From Asterias rubens (Eukaryota), in the NCBI RefSeq assembly GCF_902459465.1, contig NC_047076.1, forward strand, positions 1,488,001-1,552,000: 64,000 nt of DNA. Reading direction: 5' to 3'. Position numbers and translations under genes: made by a program. Below are positions 1 through 11,700 of this stretch, piece by piece. Each line of letters starts with the position of its first letter. Position 1 is the stretch's first letter. The notes below the pieces were generated by a model. The model made no database searches and had not been told where the DNA came from. It saw only the letters and a list, made by a program, of their open reading frames with translations.

Positions 1-228
1 CTCAGATAATCATGCTTTGTGTTGAAGGTGGGCTGGAGCCTTTTATTAGACATCTGAAAGCACACAAAGTTTTGTTAACAAGGATATTTTTTTCTTTCAT
101 TATTCTCTTGCAACTGCGATGGCCAATTGAGTCCAAATTTTCACAGATTTGTTATGTTATGCTTGTTGGGATAAATCAAGGGGGGGATACTGACGGTCTT
201 TGACAATTACCAAATGTGTCCAGTGCCT
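1..228 (-). mobile_element. Partial Kolobok-like MITE (family A), cut by the window start
   Basis: Ends with GGTCTTTGACAATTACCAAATGTGTCCAGTGCCTTT, like the family A end. Confidence 0.6.
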
Positions 229-398
229 TTCTTTTTTATTTATTTTAACATGGATTCTTCTTTGCGTGTGTTCATAAAGATGGTCCACAACATGCCATTT
301 TCAATAACACATATTTTTTTAATCACACATTTTGCAAATGTTTATGAGATGAATGGCGGGTATGCGAGTGAAAATGACGTCAAACCATTTACATGAAT

Positions 399-789
399 TT
401 AAAGGATCACGTTGCCTTGGATCGGACGAGTTGGTGTACAAAAAGCGTTTGTAACCGTTAGTTATAAAATGCATTATGATTGGAAAGATGTTTTAAAAGT
501 AGAATACAATGATCCACAAAAATTTGCCTCGAAATTGCGTGGTTTTCCTTCCTTTGCGAACTAACATGGTCGGCCATTTATGGGAGTCAAACATTTGACT
601 CCCATAAATGGCCGAACGTGCTTGTCGACGAGGTAAAAGGAAAACCGTGCACTTTCGAGGCATGTTTTTGTGGATCATTGTATTCTACTTTTACAACATA
701 TTTCTAACCATATATGCATTTTATAACAAACGGTTTCAAACGCTTTTTATAGACCAACTCGCCCGATCCAAGGCAACGTGTTCCTTTAA
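399..789. mobile_element. Fully palindromic TTAA-flanked MITE (Kolobok-like)
   Basis: TTAA|AGGATCACGTTGCCTTGGATCGG...CCGATCCAAGGCAACGTGTTCCT|TTAA. The arms pair along almost the whole length to a central ATGGGAGTCAAA-C-ATTTGACTCCCAT. Confidence 0.8.
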
Positions 790-1171
790 TAATTTTTAGG
801 ACTGAGCGATTTACAAATGCAAAAACATCGCTGTAATGGGATATTTTAAGTGTATTTATGTTTTGGCGGTCTGTACAAGCGTCAGTATAGAGTTTGTACC
901 TCTCGAGTTTTGGGAATGAGGATGTAGAACATTCAAACCGGGGACGTGTAAATGAGGACAATCCACGGCTAGGGATAGGTCCACTGAGTTAGAAAACGTG
1001 TACAAAACCAATAGGAGCTGAACATGAGGTCGCAGGCGTATTTATACAAGCTTGGGTGTTCTGGTTGCTTGTTAAAAAAATCCATTGCAATTATTGATAG
1101 CCTATAATTAGAGGTCATAACAGTATCCTTTGCTTCATTTTGAAACATGTCACTCACAATAGAAATGTTGC

Positions 1172-1185
1172 ATTTCCATGGTAAC
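1172..1185 (-). promoter_or_regulatory. X-box-like element (GTTACCATGGAAAT on - strand) upstream of AF10
   Basis: One mismatch from GTTNCCATGGNAAC, next to a CpG-rich patch. Confidence 0.35.
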
Positions 1186-2748
1186 TATCGCGTAGAGATA
1201 GTCGGGGTCTATATGATTTTTTTCTTCAGCGAAGATATTTTTTTTTCTGGCATTGAAGATTGTTGACTAATCTTGCAGCAGGCCTGCCTGAAATTACACG
1301 GGTGTCAAGGCCACGGCCTCTGTTGCCCTGGTTTCGTGTGCCATAGGGTTTCCGAGACTTCATAAGTTCAAATTGCTTGCGAAAATTTGACTAATATTTT
1401 GCTCTAGTTACGAACATTTCAGAATTGAAAAAAAAAAAAAAATGAATGAAAAAGTAAAAAAATAAAATAAATGCATAATCTGTGATATTTTTGATTAAAT
1501 TATTTCTAAAAAAAGAAAAAGACAAAACAACAAACTTGTTGCACAGTAGCCTAATTCTGTTGTGCTTTCGAGGCCTAACAAAATATTAAAATACTTCAGG
1601 CCTGAAGCCTTTATTTGAGTGAGAAATTACCTCTTTCTCAAGAACATTATAGCTCCGTATACCAAGTAAGTTTGTATGCTAACAGGTTTGAGTTACTACA
1701 CACAGTGTCCAGTTTTATAGGCATATACACGGGCTCTCACAATTTCTGTACAAGTTGGCCATGGTATAGAATTGCATGCGTGATTTTTTTTTTCGGCGTT
1801 TGAGTCAAACTTGTAATCAGACTCTTTTGATAAAACAAATTGTAGGCCTATCTGAGGTCGATTACTAGATCGGGGTATAAAACGAACGGGGCAGCATTCA
1901 ACTTGATGAGGAAGAAAAAACTAATTTTAATTTTGTTGATTTTAAACCCCAAAGCGATTCAGTGTAGGCATATTTGTCCGTTTTTCTTTACCGAAATAAC
2001 ACAAGCAAAACAGTTGCTTCAAGTAAACTATACTACAGAGTCAAGTGATTATACCTTTTTGTGATTTAGAGCGCCCTCTCGTGTCAAGTATTAATTAATA
2101 TTATTTGACAATCAAGGATGTAAAACCAGAGTTGGGCATCGTAGTTTCCTAGAATGGTAAAGCTCTTATAAAATTACAACAAACAATATAAAATCATCAA
2201 AAACATCGTCAGCATCTCTGGCCCTCCACATTGATTCCACATTATTTGGGTTTCCATGCCTCACTTAAAGCCTAATATTACCCCCCTCCCTCCCTCCCTC
2301 CCTCCCTCCCTAGCCTTCCCAGTCCATGTGTTCTGAACATGTAGGTATTTCTATACCTCCACGTTCTGATGAATTCCATAACAAGAACAGTAAGGCATAT
2401 ACAATCTAACATTCTGAATGAATCTCAGGAAACTGAAAATGAAAGATCAAACAAGTCTTTTTGTCCGATCTGATCACAAGGAAAGGAAATGTTAATGAAG
2501 ATCAGGTGGATCACAGTGCACAATATTGAAAGGTAAAGAAGTTCTTTGACCCGACTTCAATGTTTCTACCCACAATGCACTTCTGTTTCAGGTCAATGCG
2601 CACACTCAGTGACCTGGCGCTGGGACAAAATAAAATCCTGTCCTGAATTCGATGGATAAATCACCACTGGAGGACCCATTTTGGGGTCGAAAATCCCTCA
2701 TTTCTCCCACTCGTTGGTGAGAATTCTACAGTTGATAGGCTTTCCAAT

Positions 2749-5700
2749 ATGAAGGAGATGATCGGGGGCTGCTGTGTTTGCGGAGATGAACGTGGCTGGA
2801 CGGAGAACCCGTTAGTTTACTGTGACGGACAGGGCTGTAATGTGGCCGTACACCAAGGTAAAAAAAAAGGAAACTTCTTCTTCACGTTGTTTAAAAAAAA
2901 AAATCAAGTTGATGCCCTTCGGTCTCTCTGCAGTTTACGCGCCATGATTTATTTAAATAATCGACTAGAGGTTTTAATGAATAGTGTAGCTATATCTTGA
3001 AATAACTCTGCTAGTGACCGTAGAAATAAAGTGTGATTGTAATCACTTCAAATTTGGGTCACAAAAGAACCAATGTTTGGCCAGCCAGTCAGTAATTTTT
3101 GTCAACTCAAAAAATAGTCTGTCACCCGGTCATTATGAACACTGACATTGGAATAAAAAAGAAAACAAATAATTGAAGTGAATTTGTTAATTTGTACTGT
3201 TGTGTCACTGATACTGATTCATTTTGAATAAGGTTTGGTTTTAAACAAAGATTGTTGTCATTTTGTCTGTGTTTGAGCCCAACCCCAAGTTTACAACATT
3301 TTTACAATAGATAAGATAGTGAATTACAGAATATCATAAAAAAATAGACCAGTTTCAATTTGAAAATAAATAATATTGGAAAGATTTCCACTACTCCACT
3401 ATTGTTTACCAAGAGCATTTGAGTAAATAGATACTAATTTATTTCAAAATACCAAATGAAAAAGTGGTTGCAGGATACAACAACATTTTCCATTTCATTT
3501 TAAGTTTTTGATTTTACCTTGTGTTTTGTTGTTTGTACATTTAATTTTAACAATGATTATTCGCTAACAAATGAAACTTGAAAGTTTTTAGGTTAATTGT
3601 TTGTATCGCAAATTTGTTTGTTTGTTTATCATAAATACCGTAACCATGCAGTGTTTTTTACACTGTCAAACTTGAAATTGAACTATGTTGTGATTTTTAT
3701 ATATGACAGTGACACAGAGTGTCATGAGGAGAAATGTTGTAGTGTTGAAATTGCTAGCAAGTTCAAAATTTATTGCTTCAGATACAAATTCCTTAAAGAG
3801 GATTATTTCATGGAAATAAAGTCAAACTTTAATTAAAAGTATCAAATAAATCCCTTAAAAACTGGTGGCCAGATTTAGAAATGTTTCCAAAATGTTGGAG
3901 GAGAATTCCTGACAGGGCGTTTGTTTTCTAAATAGCACACTTTAATTTTTAAAGGGATGTGATCTTCTTTTGGCAATGGACTGGAACCAATTTCTCAAGA
4001 TGTTTAAAAATGTCTTGTTTTTTCTTTGAAGCATGTTATGGTATTGTGACAGTTCCAACTGGACCTTGGTATTGCCGCAAATGTGAATCACAAGAAAGAT
4101 CAGCAAGAGTGGTAAGATTCAATGTTACGCAGCACACACACTCAAATATAGGTAGTTGTTTTCATTTGGCTTTGTGTTTTGAACCAAAATTTAACTACAA
4201 TTTAACTAGAAGAGAAATGTTCATGTGGGATAATTGTAACAACTCTGATGGTCGTAGATATATGACATGACCAAAAGCAACGATTATTGCAGCTAATAGA
4301 AATGATGTCTCGATCCACTTAACGAAAGTAGTATTAGATAAGTTGGCAGTTCTTTTTTAGAACTGAAAAGCCTCCTAAATTCTCAAAATCTACTCCTGCG
4401 GTAGAAGAGAAATCTCGCAAATTCTGAAAATCTACTCTGCTGCAGTAAAATATAGAGCTCAAGACAAGTTCTCAAAAGAACATAATCTACCCAGAAAGCA
4501 GATACATGGTGTTACCCCAAGTCTAATATATTTATGATATTTGGTTTGTTTGTAGTACATGGGTTAGGTATCAATTTAATTTCTTCGTTAATAAGAGAAA
4601 AAGACCACAATCTTCTTAGATCTCCAAAACTGAGCTTAGTTTGACTGTTCAATTAACATGTGATATCATTTGTTGTTTGATTGATAGCGCTGTGAGCTGT
4701 GTCCTCAACGTGAGGGAGCTTTAAAAAGGACTGATAATGGAAGTAAGTCATATTGATTGATAATTGATAAGTTGATCTTTAAAATGGTTTTCATGTGTAT
4801 GTTAATGCAATTCAAACGACTTGATCAGTTATTGGATATTGATTGGTGCTGATACACTGTACAAGAGAAAGATTGGTCCTACATGTACATTGTATTTAAA
4901 CCAATCAAGTCTCGTTGATTCCTTAAGACAGCTACATTGATTTCTTAAAGACACTGGACACTATTGGTAATTGTCAAAGACCAGTCTTCTCACTTGGTAC
5001 ATCTCAACATGCATACAATAACAAACCTGTGAAAATTTGAGCTCAATTGGTCGTCAAAATTGTGAGATAATAATGAAAGAAAAATCACCCGACCGTCACA
5101 CGAAGTTGTGTGCTTTCAGATGCTTGATTTCGAGACCTCAAAATCTAATTCGTGGAAAATTACTTCTTTCTTGAAAACTACGTTACTTCAGAGGGAGCCG
5201 CTTCTCACAATGTTTTATACTATCAACTCTTCCCATTACTCGTTACCAAGTAAGGTTTTATGCTAATAATTATTTTGAGTAATTACCAATAGTGTCCACT
5301 GCCTTTAAGTCTGATTTCCATTTTGTTTTGCCCTCAGAAAAATCACAAAACTTGAATTATTGATACTGAAAATATATTTAAACCTACGGTGCTTTGTAAC
5401 AAACGAATTTTCCTACATGTACCTTTGCCAAAGGCCAAATGTCATGGCTGTTTAGACCGTTGACTGAATACACAAATTCTTGTGGTCTTGACCCTTTAGT
5501 CCTGGAGATCTTTGTTTGTTCTTAGCTTTCACTTTAGATGTTGTACTATCAAGCTTGAGTACAAAATAATTTACTTATGGTGGATTTGCCTACTCTGACA
5601 GTGACATGTCTGAAGCAACAACTTTTGGGTTGTGGCTGAACGTTTAGGCCGGTTTATAGTCAGTCGCGCGATGGTCGCGCTATGGAAATCTTGATGCGCA

Positions 5701-8700
5701 ATCCTAAAAAACACAGTTTAAAGTCATCGCTGAGGCCTTAAAACTGTGTCTTTTTATGATCACGCGTTAAGATTTTCATCGCTCGACCATTGCGCGACCA
5801 TCGCCCGACCGACTGTAACTCGGCCTTTAACCCCGGATGTTGATTTACTAGGGTCCTTCCTCACTCAAACAAAATTCAAAAGGTAACTCAACACCCAAAC
5901 TATTGGACTCTGATTTTGGTGGTATGCCGGATCACATGTAATTGTAGTCCTCAGTCCAACAGAATCAAACAAAACATGCAGTTAGATTTTGATGGATTTG
6001 GGTTGGTTACTGTCTTTTGATTGTGTGTGTTTTAGATGGGTACATTACTGTGACCAGGGCCCAATTTCATAGTGCTGCTTAACGGTTAGCAAATTTTTGT
6101 GCTTACTGTAGCAGACAAATTTGCTAAGGTGCAAGCGTATCTCACAGGTTAGTAGAAGAATTGGGCGGCCATATTGCCATACTGCGCGTTTACCATGGAT
6201 TTGCATTGTGACGTCATATATTTTTGTGCGGTAAGCACCAGAAGGTTAGGATGCCTTTCTTGTGCGTACGGTTAGCAGCGCTATGAAATGGAAATCGCAC
6301 AGTAAGCACAAAATCAGCCGCTAAGCAGCGCTATGAAATTGGGCCTGGAACCTCCAAACATACCAAGTCCTAATTCTTGTTTTGAAACTTTACAAGTTAA
6401 CCGTTGGTTTTTCTTGTCAGGTTGGGCCCATGTTGTCTGTGCTTTATATATTCCTGAAGTCTGCTTTGGAAATGTGACGACTATGGAACCTATTCTTCTA
6501 TCTTCTGTTCCTCATGATAGATATAACAAAGTGAGTACTACATCTTCAGGTCTTAAAACAACTCACCACACCCACAGCAAATGCTGTTGTGCCCTGTGCT
6601 TTAGCTGTGGTGCCCTTTGCAAAGTTGACAATACAAATAAACATTTGAAGTGTCCCTTACCAGAGAGAAAATGCTGTGGCCCTTCAAGAGTGAAGTTCAA
6701 GACCTACATCCTGGTAATGAGCCTGGGATGGACTGTGTTGCCCTGGTCTTGGCCTTGGTGCCCTTTCAAAGGTCCCCATAGACTTCAAGGGGCTGTGTCA
6801 TCATGGTCAATGCAGATCTGTGGCTGTACACGGAATTATGAACTGTCACCTAGTTACAACAACCGAATGCAGTGCATGCTACTGGACTACTTTGGTAGTA
6901 CGTGATTAGTTTTTCAAACAATGTCTTATGGTCCCCTAGAATAATATATGAACATTCAAATGTAAATGGATTGGAGTTTGCCTGGACCTGGTTGCCTGTA
7001 AATTGCTTCAAGTAACATGACCCTAAGACTAAACAAACAGTAATTAATAAGGGAATCAATGTGTGGTGAAGAGGTTTTCAACTAGTGGTTTAATCCCAAC
7101 GAGGCCTGGTTCTTGATAATTTTACCGAGACGAAGTGATTCCAATTCATAAATACCTTTTCGGTCAAAAAACATCAACAATTTTTGGTCAAAAAGTAAAA
7201 TAAATGCAAAAATTATAATTGTTCAATGATTTCTTTCAACACAACACCCCTCCAGCTATGAAATAGTATTAGGCCCTCGGGTAAACAACTCCTTATAAGG
7301 AGATTGCTGTGCGCGTATCGCGTGATGTGGCACAACTGTCCCGGCCAATGCTCTCGACCAATAGGAATGAAGAAACTGTCCTATAAGCACAGGTGCAAGC
7401 TTGCGTGTCACGCCCATGTTTCAACACTTTTTTTACTGGTCATTCGCGCTCTCCACCAATAGGAATAGCGAAACTGTCTGAGGTATTTATGAATAACTTT
7501 TTTTGGCTTGTATCCTCAGTCGTGCTGTTTATGTGAGACAAAGGGGCGTGAAGCAAAGGCAGCTGTGGGAGCCTGCATGACTTGTAATAAGAACGGCTGC
7601 CGTCAATCTTTTCATGTTACGTGGTAAGTTGATCACACTACTTTAAGTTTATCTTGAACCTAGTTGTTGAAGTGATCTTAAAGATCTGTTCTTGTTACAT
7701 GGCGGCGAGAGAAACTTGCATAACATAAGTTTATCATCGACCTAGTTATTGAATATAACTTTGTTTTAACCTTTACTCTGATGTGTATTAATTACTGTGT
7801 ACTCTTTACTTTCCCGAGTTCTGTAAAAAAAAGACCGGCAAATCATTCGGCTGAAATTCGAACCCATGCCTGTGCATTGCTGGAGCAGATGTCTTACCAC
7901 TAGACCACTGAGCTGTCCCGATGGCTAGAGGCAGTTCAAATCCTAAGTGTTAGTAGCTGGTACTGCAACGATTTAATAGATAAGATGTTAATTTTGCATT
8001 TGGGATAAAGAATATTTATTTGTCCTAGTTGTTGAACAATTCTTCAAAATGCGTTGTCTCTCTGGACTACCAGGGCCCAGTTTCATAAAGCTGTTTAGCA
8101 GAAAATACTGCTTAGCAGAACATAATGCTGATGAAATTTCTTTGCTAAGCAAAAAATAGTGGGGAATTAGTCATAACAATGTAAACTTTATGGACTGGTG
8201 GCTGGTAACCTGTTTTTGCTGAGCAAGAATTTCATGTTCTTAGCAGGTTTTTGTGCTTTTTTTGGAAATGGGCCCTGGCCAAGATGAGATAATGAAATGT
8301 AACTGTTTATCTGTCTTGCAGTGCTCAGCAAGACGGATTCTTGTGTGAAGAAGCTGGACAGTATAACGATAACGTCAAGTACACTGGCTACTGTTCCTAC
8401 CACTACAATAAACTGGTGAGTGAGTAGTTTGTACTTTATACTTTCTCTTTCATATGGAAGTTGCCCATTCTATTGCATAGGAGAAAACCCATGTCTTTTG
8501 AGGTTGTTTGTGGAAACTGCTTGTGGAAGAAACCTGCATAAATTTCAGGAAAATTCCTTGTTGAAAAATTGTTTTATTTATTTTTTCAGAAAAAAGACAA
8601 AGATATCAAGACAATACCTCCATTTAAGCCTCTTGGTAGTGCCTACAGCACTCCTGAGAAACCTGCAGACAGGCCTTCTGCCGATAAGACTGAAAAAACT

Positions 8701-11700
8701 GATAAATCAGAGAAGTTAAAACTGGACAAGATCATTAAAGCAAAGCCTGAAAGGAAGAACAGGTTTTGTATTGCTGAGGCAAGTGCTGCCCTGATTGCAC
8801 AACAGGAGAGTGCAGCAGAAGCAAGAGCAGCTGAGGTAAAAGCAGCAGAAGCACGTTCAACTGACTTGAAGACCTCAGTTCGTTCGTCAGAAGGACGTGT
8901 CGCAGAGTCCAAAGTAGCTCGTCCATCAGAAGGACGTGTCGCTGAGTCCAAGGCAGCCCGTCTGTCAGAAGGACGTGTCGCTGAGTCCAAGGCAGCCCGT
9001 CTGTCAGAAGGACGTGTCGCTGAGTCCAAGGCAGCCCGTCTGTCAGAAGGTCGTGTTGCTGAGTCTAAGGCAGCACGTCTCGCGGAAGCACGTGCTGCTG
9101 AGTCCAAGGCAGCTCGTCTGTCAGAAGGACGCCTCGCTGAGTCCAAGGCAGCACGCCTCGCGGAAGCTCGTGCTGCTGAATTAAAAACAGTGCGACTCTC
9201 AGAAGCTCGTGCCGCTGAAGTGAAAGCAACACGTCTCACAGAAGCATGCACCACTGAGCCTAAGTCAGGGACAAATACTTCTAGTTCTCCGAATAGTGGA
9301 AAGGGTGACGACTCAAGTGGAAAGTTTACCAACGCAAATTTTACAGAGACTGTGATCGGCCCAACTGGGACACCCCCGTCATCGTCAGGGGTGGAGGATC
9401 CATCCTCGGGGGATAGCTCCTTGATCCTGAAGTTTACTCGGAACACTGTGAGCCAGCCTGGAAGAGGAAGAAAAAGCAGCACGCAAAAGTTGGATATTCC
9501 AGGAGTTGGGGATAGTCAGTCGACTGTCGTCTCTTCAAAATCCGGGGGATCTGAGTTCAGTGTTAGTTACTCTGAACGTGTTTCTTCCCCTAGTCTAACC
9601 CAAGAGGACACAAGTTTGAGTGTCAAACCAAACAAATCTAAAAAAGGGCAGTCAAAGTCTAATCCTTCGACCCCGAATCCGACGACACCAATGGTGATTA
9701 CAGAAACAGTCATGGTCAAGGATCTTCCACCAGTGTCGGAAAAGACACGAGGCACCCCTACAGTGGATGTTGAAACGGTTACATCACCAACCCCAAGTGG
9801 TTCAGGGAAGACCACTTACACAGGTGCTTACGAGGAATTCATGGCGAAATACAAAGCTGAGGAGACTGAAGATGTCTCCACTAAGAACAAAGAGGAAGAA
9901 TCCTCACCTGCTTCGACCATCTTCCAGACGTCAAAGGTCATGACGACAAAACCAACAATCCACAAACCCACAAGTTCTAAAACTGCAATATCCACTACCT
10001 CGAGTAGCGGAGATGAAATGACCAAGCGCGAAAGGAAAAAACACCGCAGTGGGAAACGCAAAGACAGCAAGTTGAATCGTCCCAGGTCGTCTTTGAGATC
10101 TTTTGGAGGAGGAGACGGGATACCCAATAAGAAGAGGAGATCGAGTGGATCATCTCTAGGTAGTCCTCAAGCCTTGTCGATGCCGAGATTAAGTTTTAGT
10201 GGGACTGGTGGTAGCTGTGGCTTAAATTCTCCATCCTCAGGATCCTCAATGATGAACTTCTTGAATCAATCAACAAATAATGGTAAGTTCCCTTAAAATT
10301 TGCTATAAAAACCTCCCTGTTGCTAGTATTGCTTAACCTCCCTGCTACTAGTAAGCCTCCCTTCTATACTAGTAAGCCAACCTGTTAAACCAGTAAACCC
10401 CTCTGCTAATAGTAAACCTTCCTGCTACTTGTAAACCTCCCTGCCATATTAGTTAATCACCCTGCTATACAAGCACACCTCCCTGCTACTGGTAGACCTC
10501 CCTTCTACCGGTAAACCTCCCTTCTATCGGTAAACCTCCCTTCTATCGGTAAACCTCTCTTCTACCGGTAAACCTCCCTTCTATCAGTAAACCTCTCTTC
10601 TACTAGTAAATCTCCAACTTCTACATAAGTAAACTGGACTGCTACAAGTTAACTCACTGCTACTAATTAACCTCTCTACTATAAGTAAACCTCCCTGCTA
10701 CTATACTAGTTAACCTACTTGCTACTTGTACTAGTCACCATTCAACTAAAAACCTCTGTACTGCCAGTGAACCTCCCTGCTACTAAAACCTCCCTGCTAC
10801 TAAAACCTTTCTGCTGCTACCAAACTTTCCTCCCTACTAAGAAGTTTGAGTTGCGCGAAGGCATCTGAAGGCTAGTTTTCACAACAAGCCCTGCCACTTC
10901 AATCCATTAAAGGCAGTGGACACTATTGGTACTTACTCAAAAACATTATTAGCATAAAACCTTACATGGTAATGAGTAATAAGGAGAGGTTGATACATGT
11001 AGTATAACAAATTGTGAGAAACGGCTTCATCTGAAGTAACCTAGTTTTCGAGAAAGAAGTAATTTTCCACAAATTTGATTTTGAGACCTCAGATTTAGAA
11101 TTTGAGGTCTCGAAATCAAGCATCTGAAAGCACACAACTTAGTGTGACAAGGGTGTTTTTTCTTTCATTATTATCTCGCAACTTTGACAACCAATTGAGC
11201 TCAAATTTTCACAGGTTTGTTATTTTTTGCATATGTTGAGATACACCAAGTGAGAAGACTAGTCTTTGACAATTACCAATAGTGTCCAGTGTCTTTAAAT
11301 ATTTGTAATCACCATATGTTTCTTGTTGTCTCGTTAGAAGATTCAGCAATCAGGGATGTATTTAACATGGCAGGTCAGAGTGGACTGATTGGACCTCAGT
11401 CTCGGCTCTCGTCTCTCAATCACAGACAACACCAAGAGACCACCCAATCGTAAGTAATGTTTGGTTTTATATTTATTTCTTCTTACTGTACAGCAAATGT
11501 TTGATTGAAAGCCATGGCCCAATTTTATAGAGCTGAGCTGTTAAAGGGTCTATGTACTTTTTCCTAACACAAAACACAATGTCCACAGATTTACATTAAA
11601 CTTACACAGTTTGAAGATTATGATAGTAGAAAACTTCCCTTAAAATTTAACGTACTGAGGCGCTGTAGTTTTTGAGAAATCGTAAAACAATGGTTTTTCG

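Larger units (their letters stand above)
2749..8415 (+). other. MLLT10: PZP (PHD1-Zn knuckle-PHD2) domain of AF10, exons 1-6
   Basis: The Cys/His spacing matches human AF10 residue for residue (CCVC...YCDG..C...VHQACY...WYCRKC; CELC...HVVC; CCLC...CMTC...CRQSFHVTC...GYCSYH). Confidence 0.95.

Noticed and set aside
704-1157. Minus-strand ORFs (85 aa and 62 aa) as a protein-coding gene
   Set aside because: They start at non-ATG or weak codons, have no recognisable motif, and one runs into the 399-789 MITE. Kept only as a possible UTR exon.
6333-6905. 190-aa ORF
   Set aside because: Only 6421-6530 is coding (AF10 exon 4). The rest is read-through into intron and dispersed repeats.
9457-9474. 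AT-hook-like PGRGRK in AF10 exon 7
   Set aside because: It lacks the R-G-R-P core and is too short to support.
8643-9482. 279-aa antisense ORF with RRAALDSA repeats
   Set aside because: It is the stop-free shadow of the AF10 39-bp coding repeat, with no independent support.
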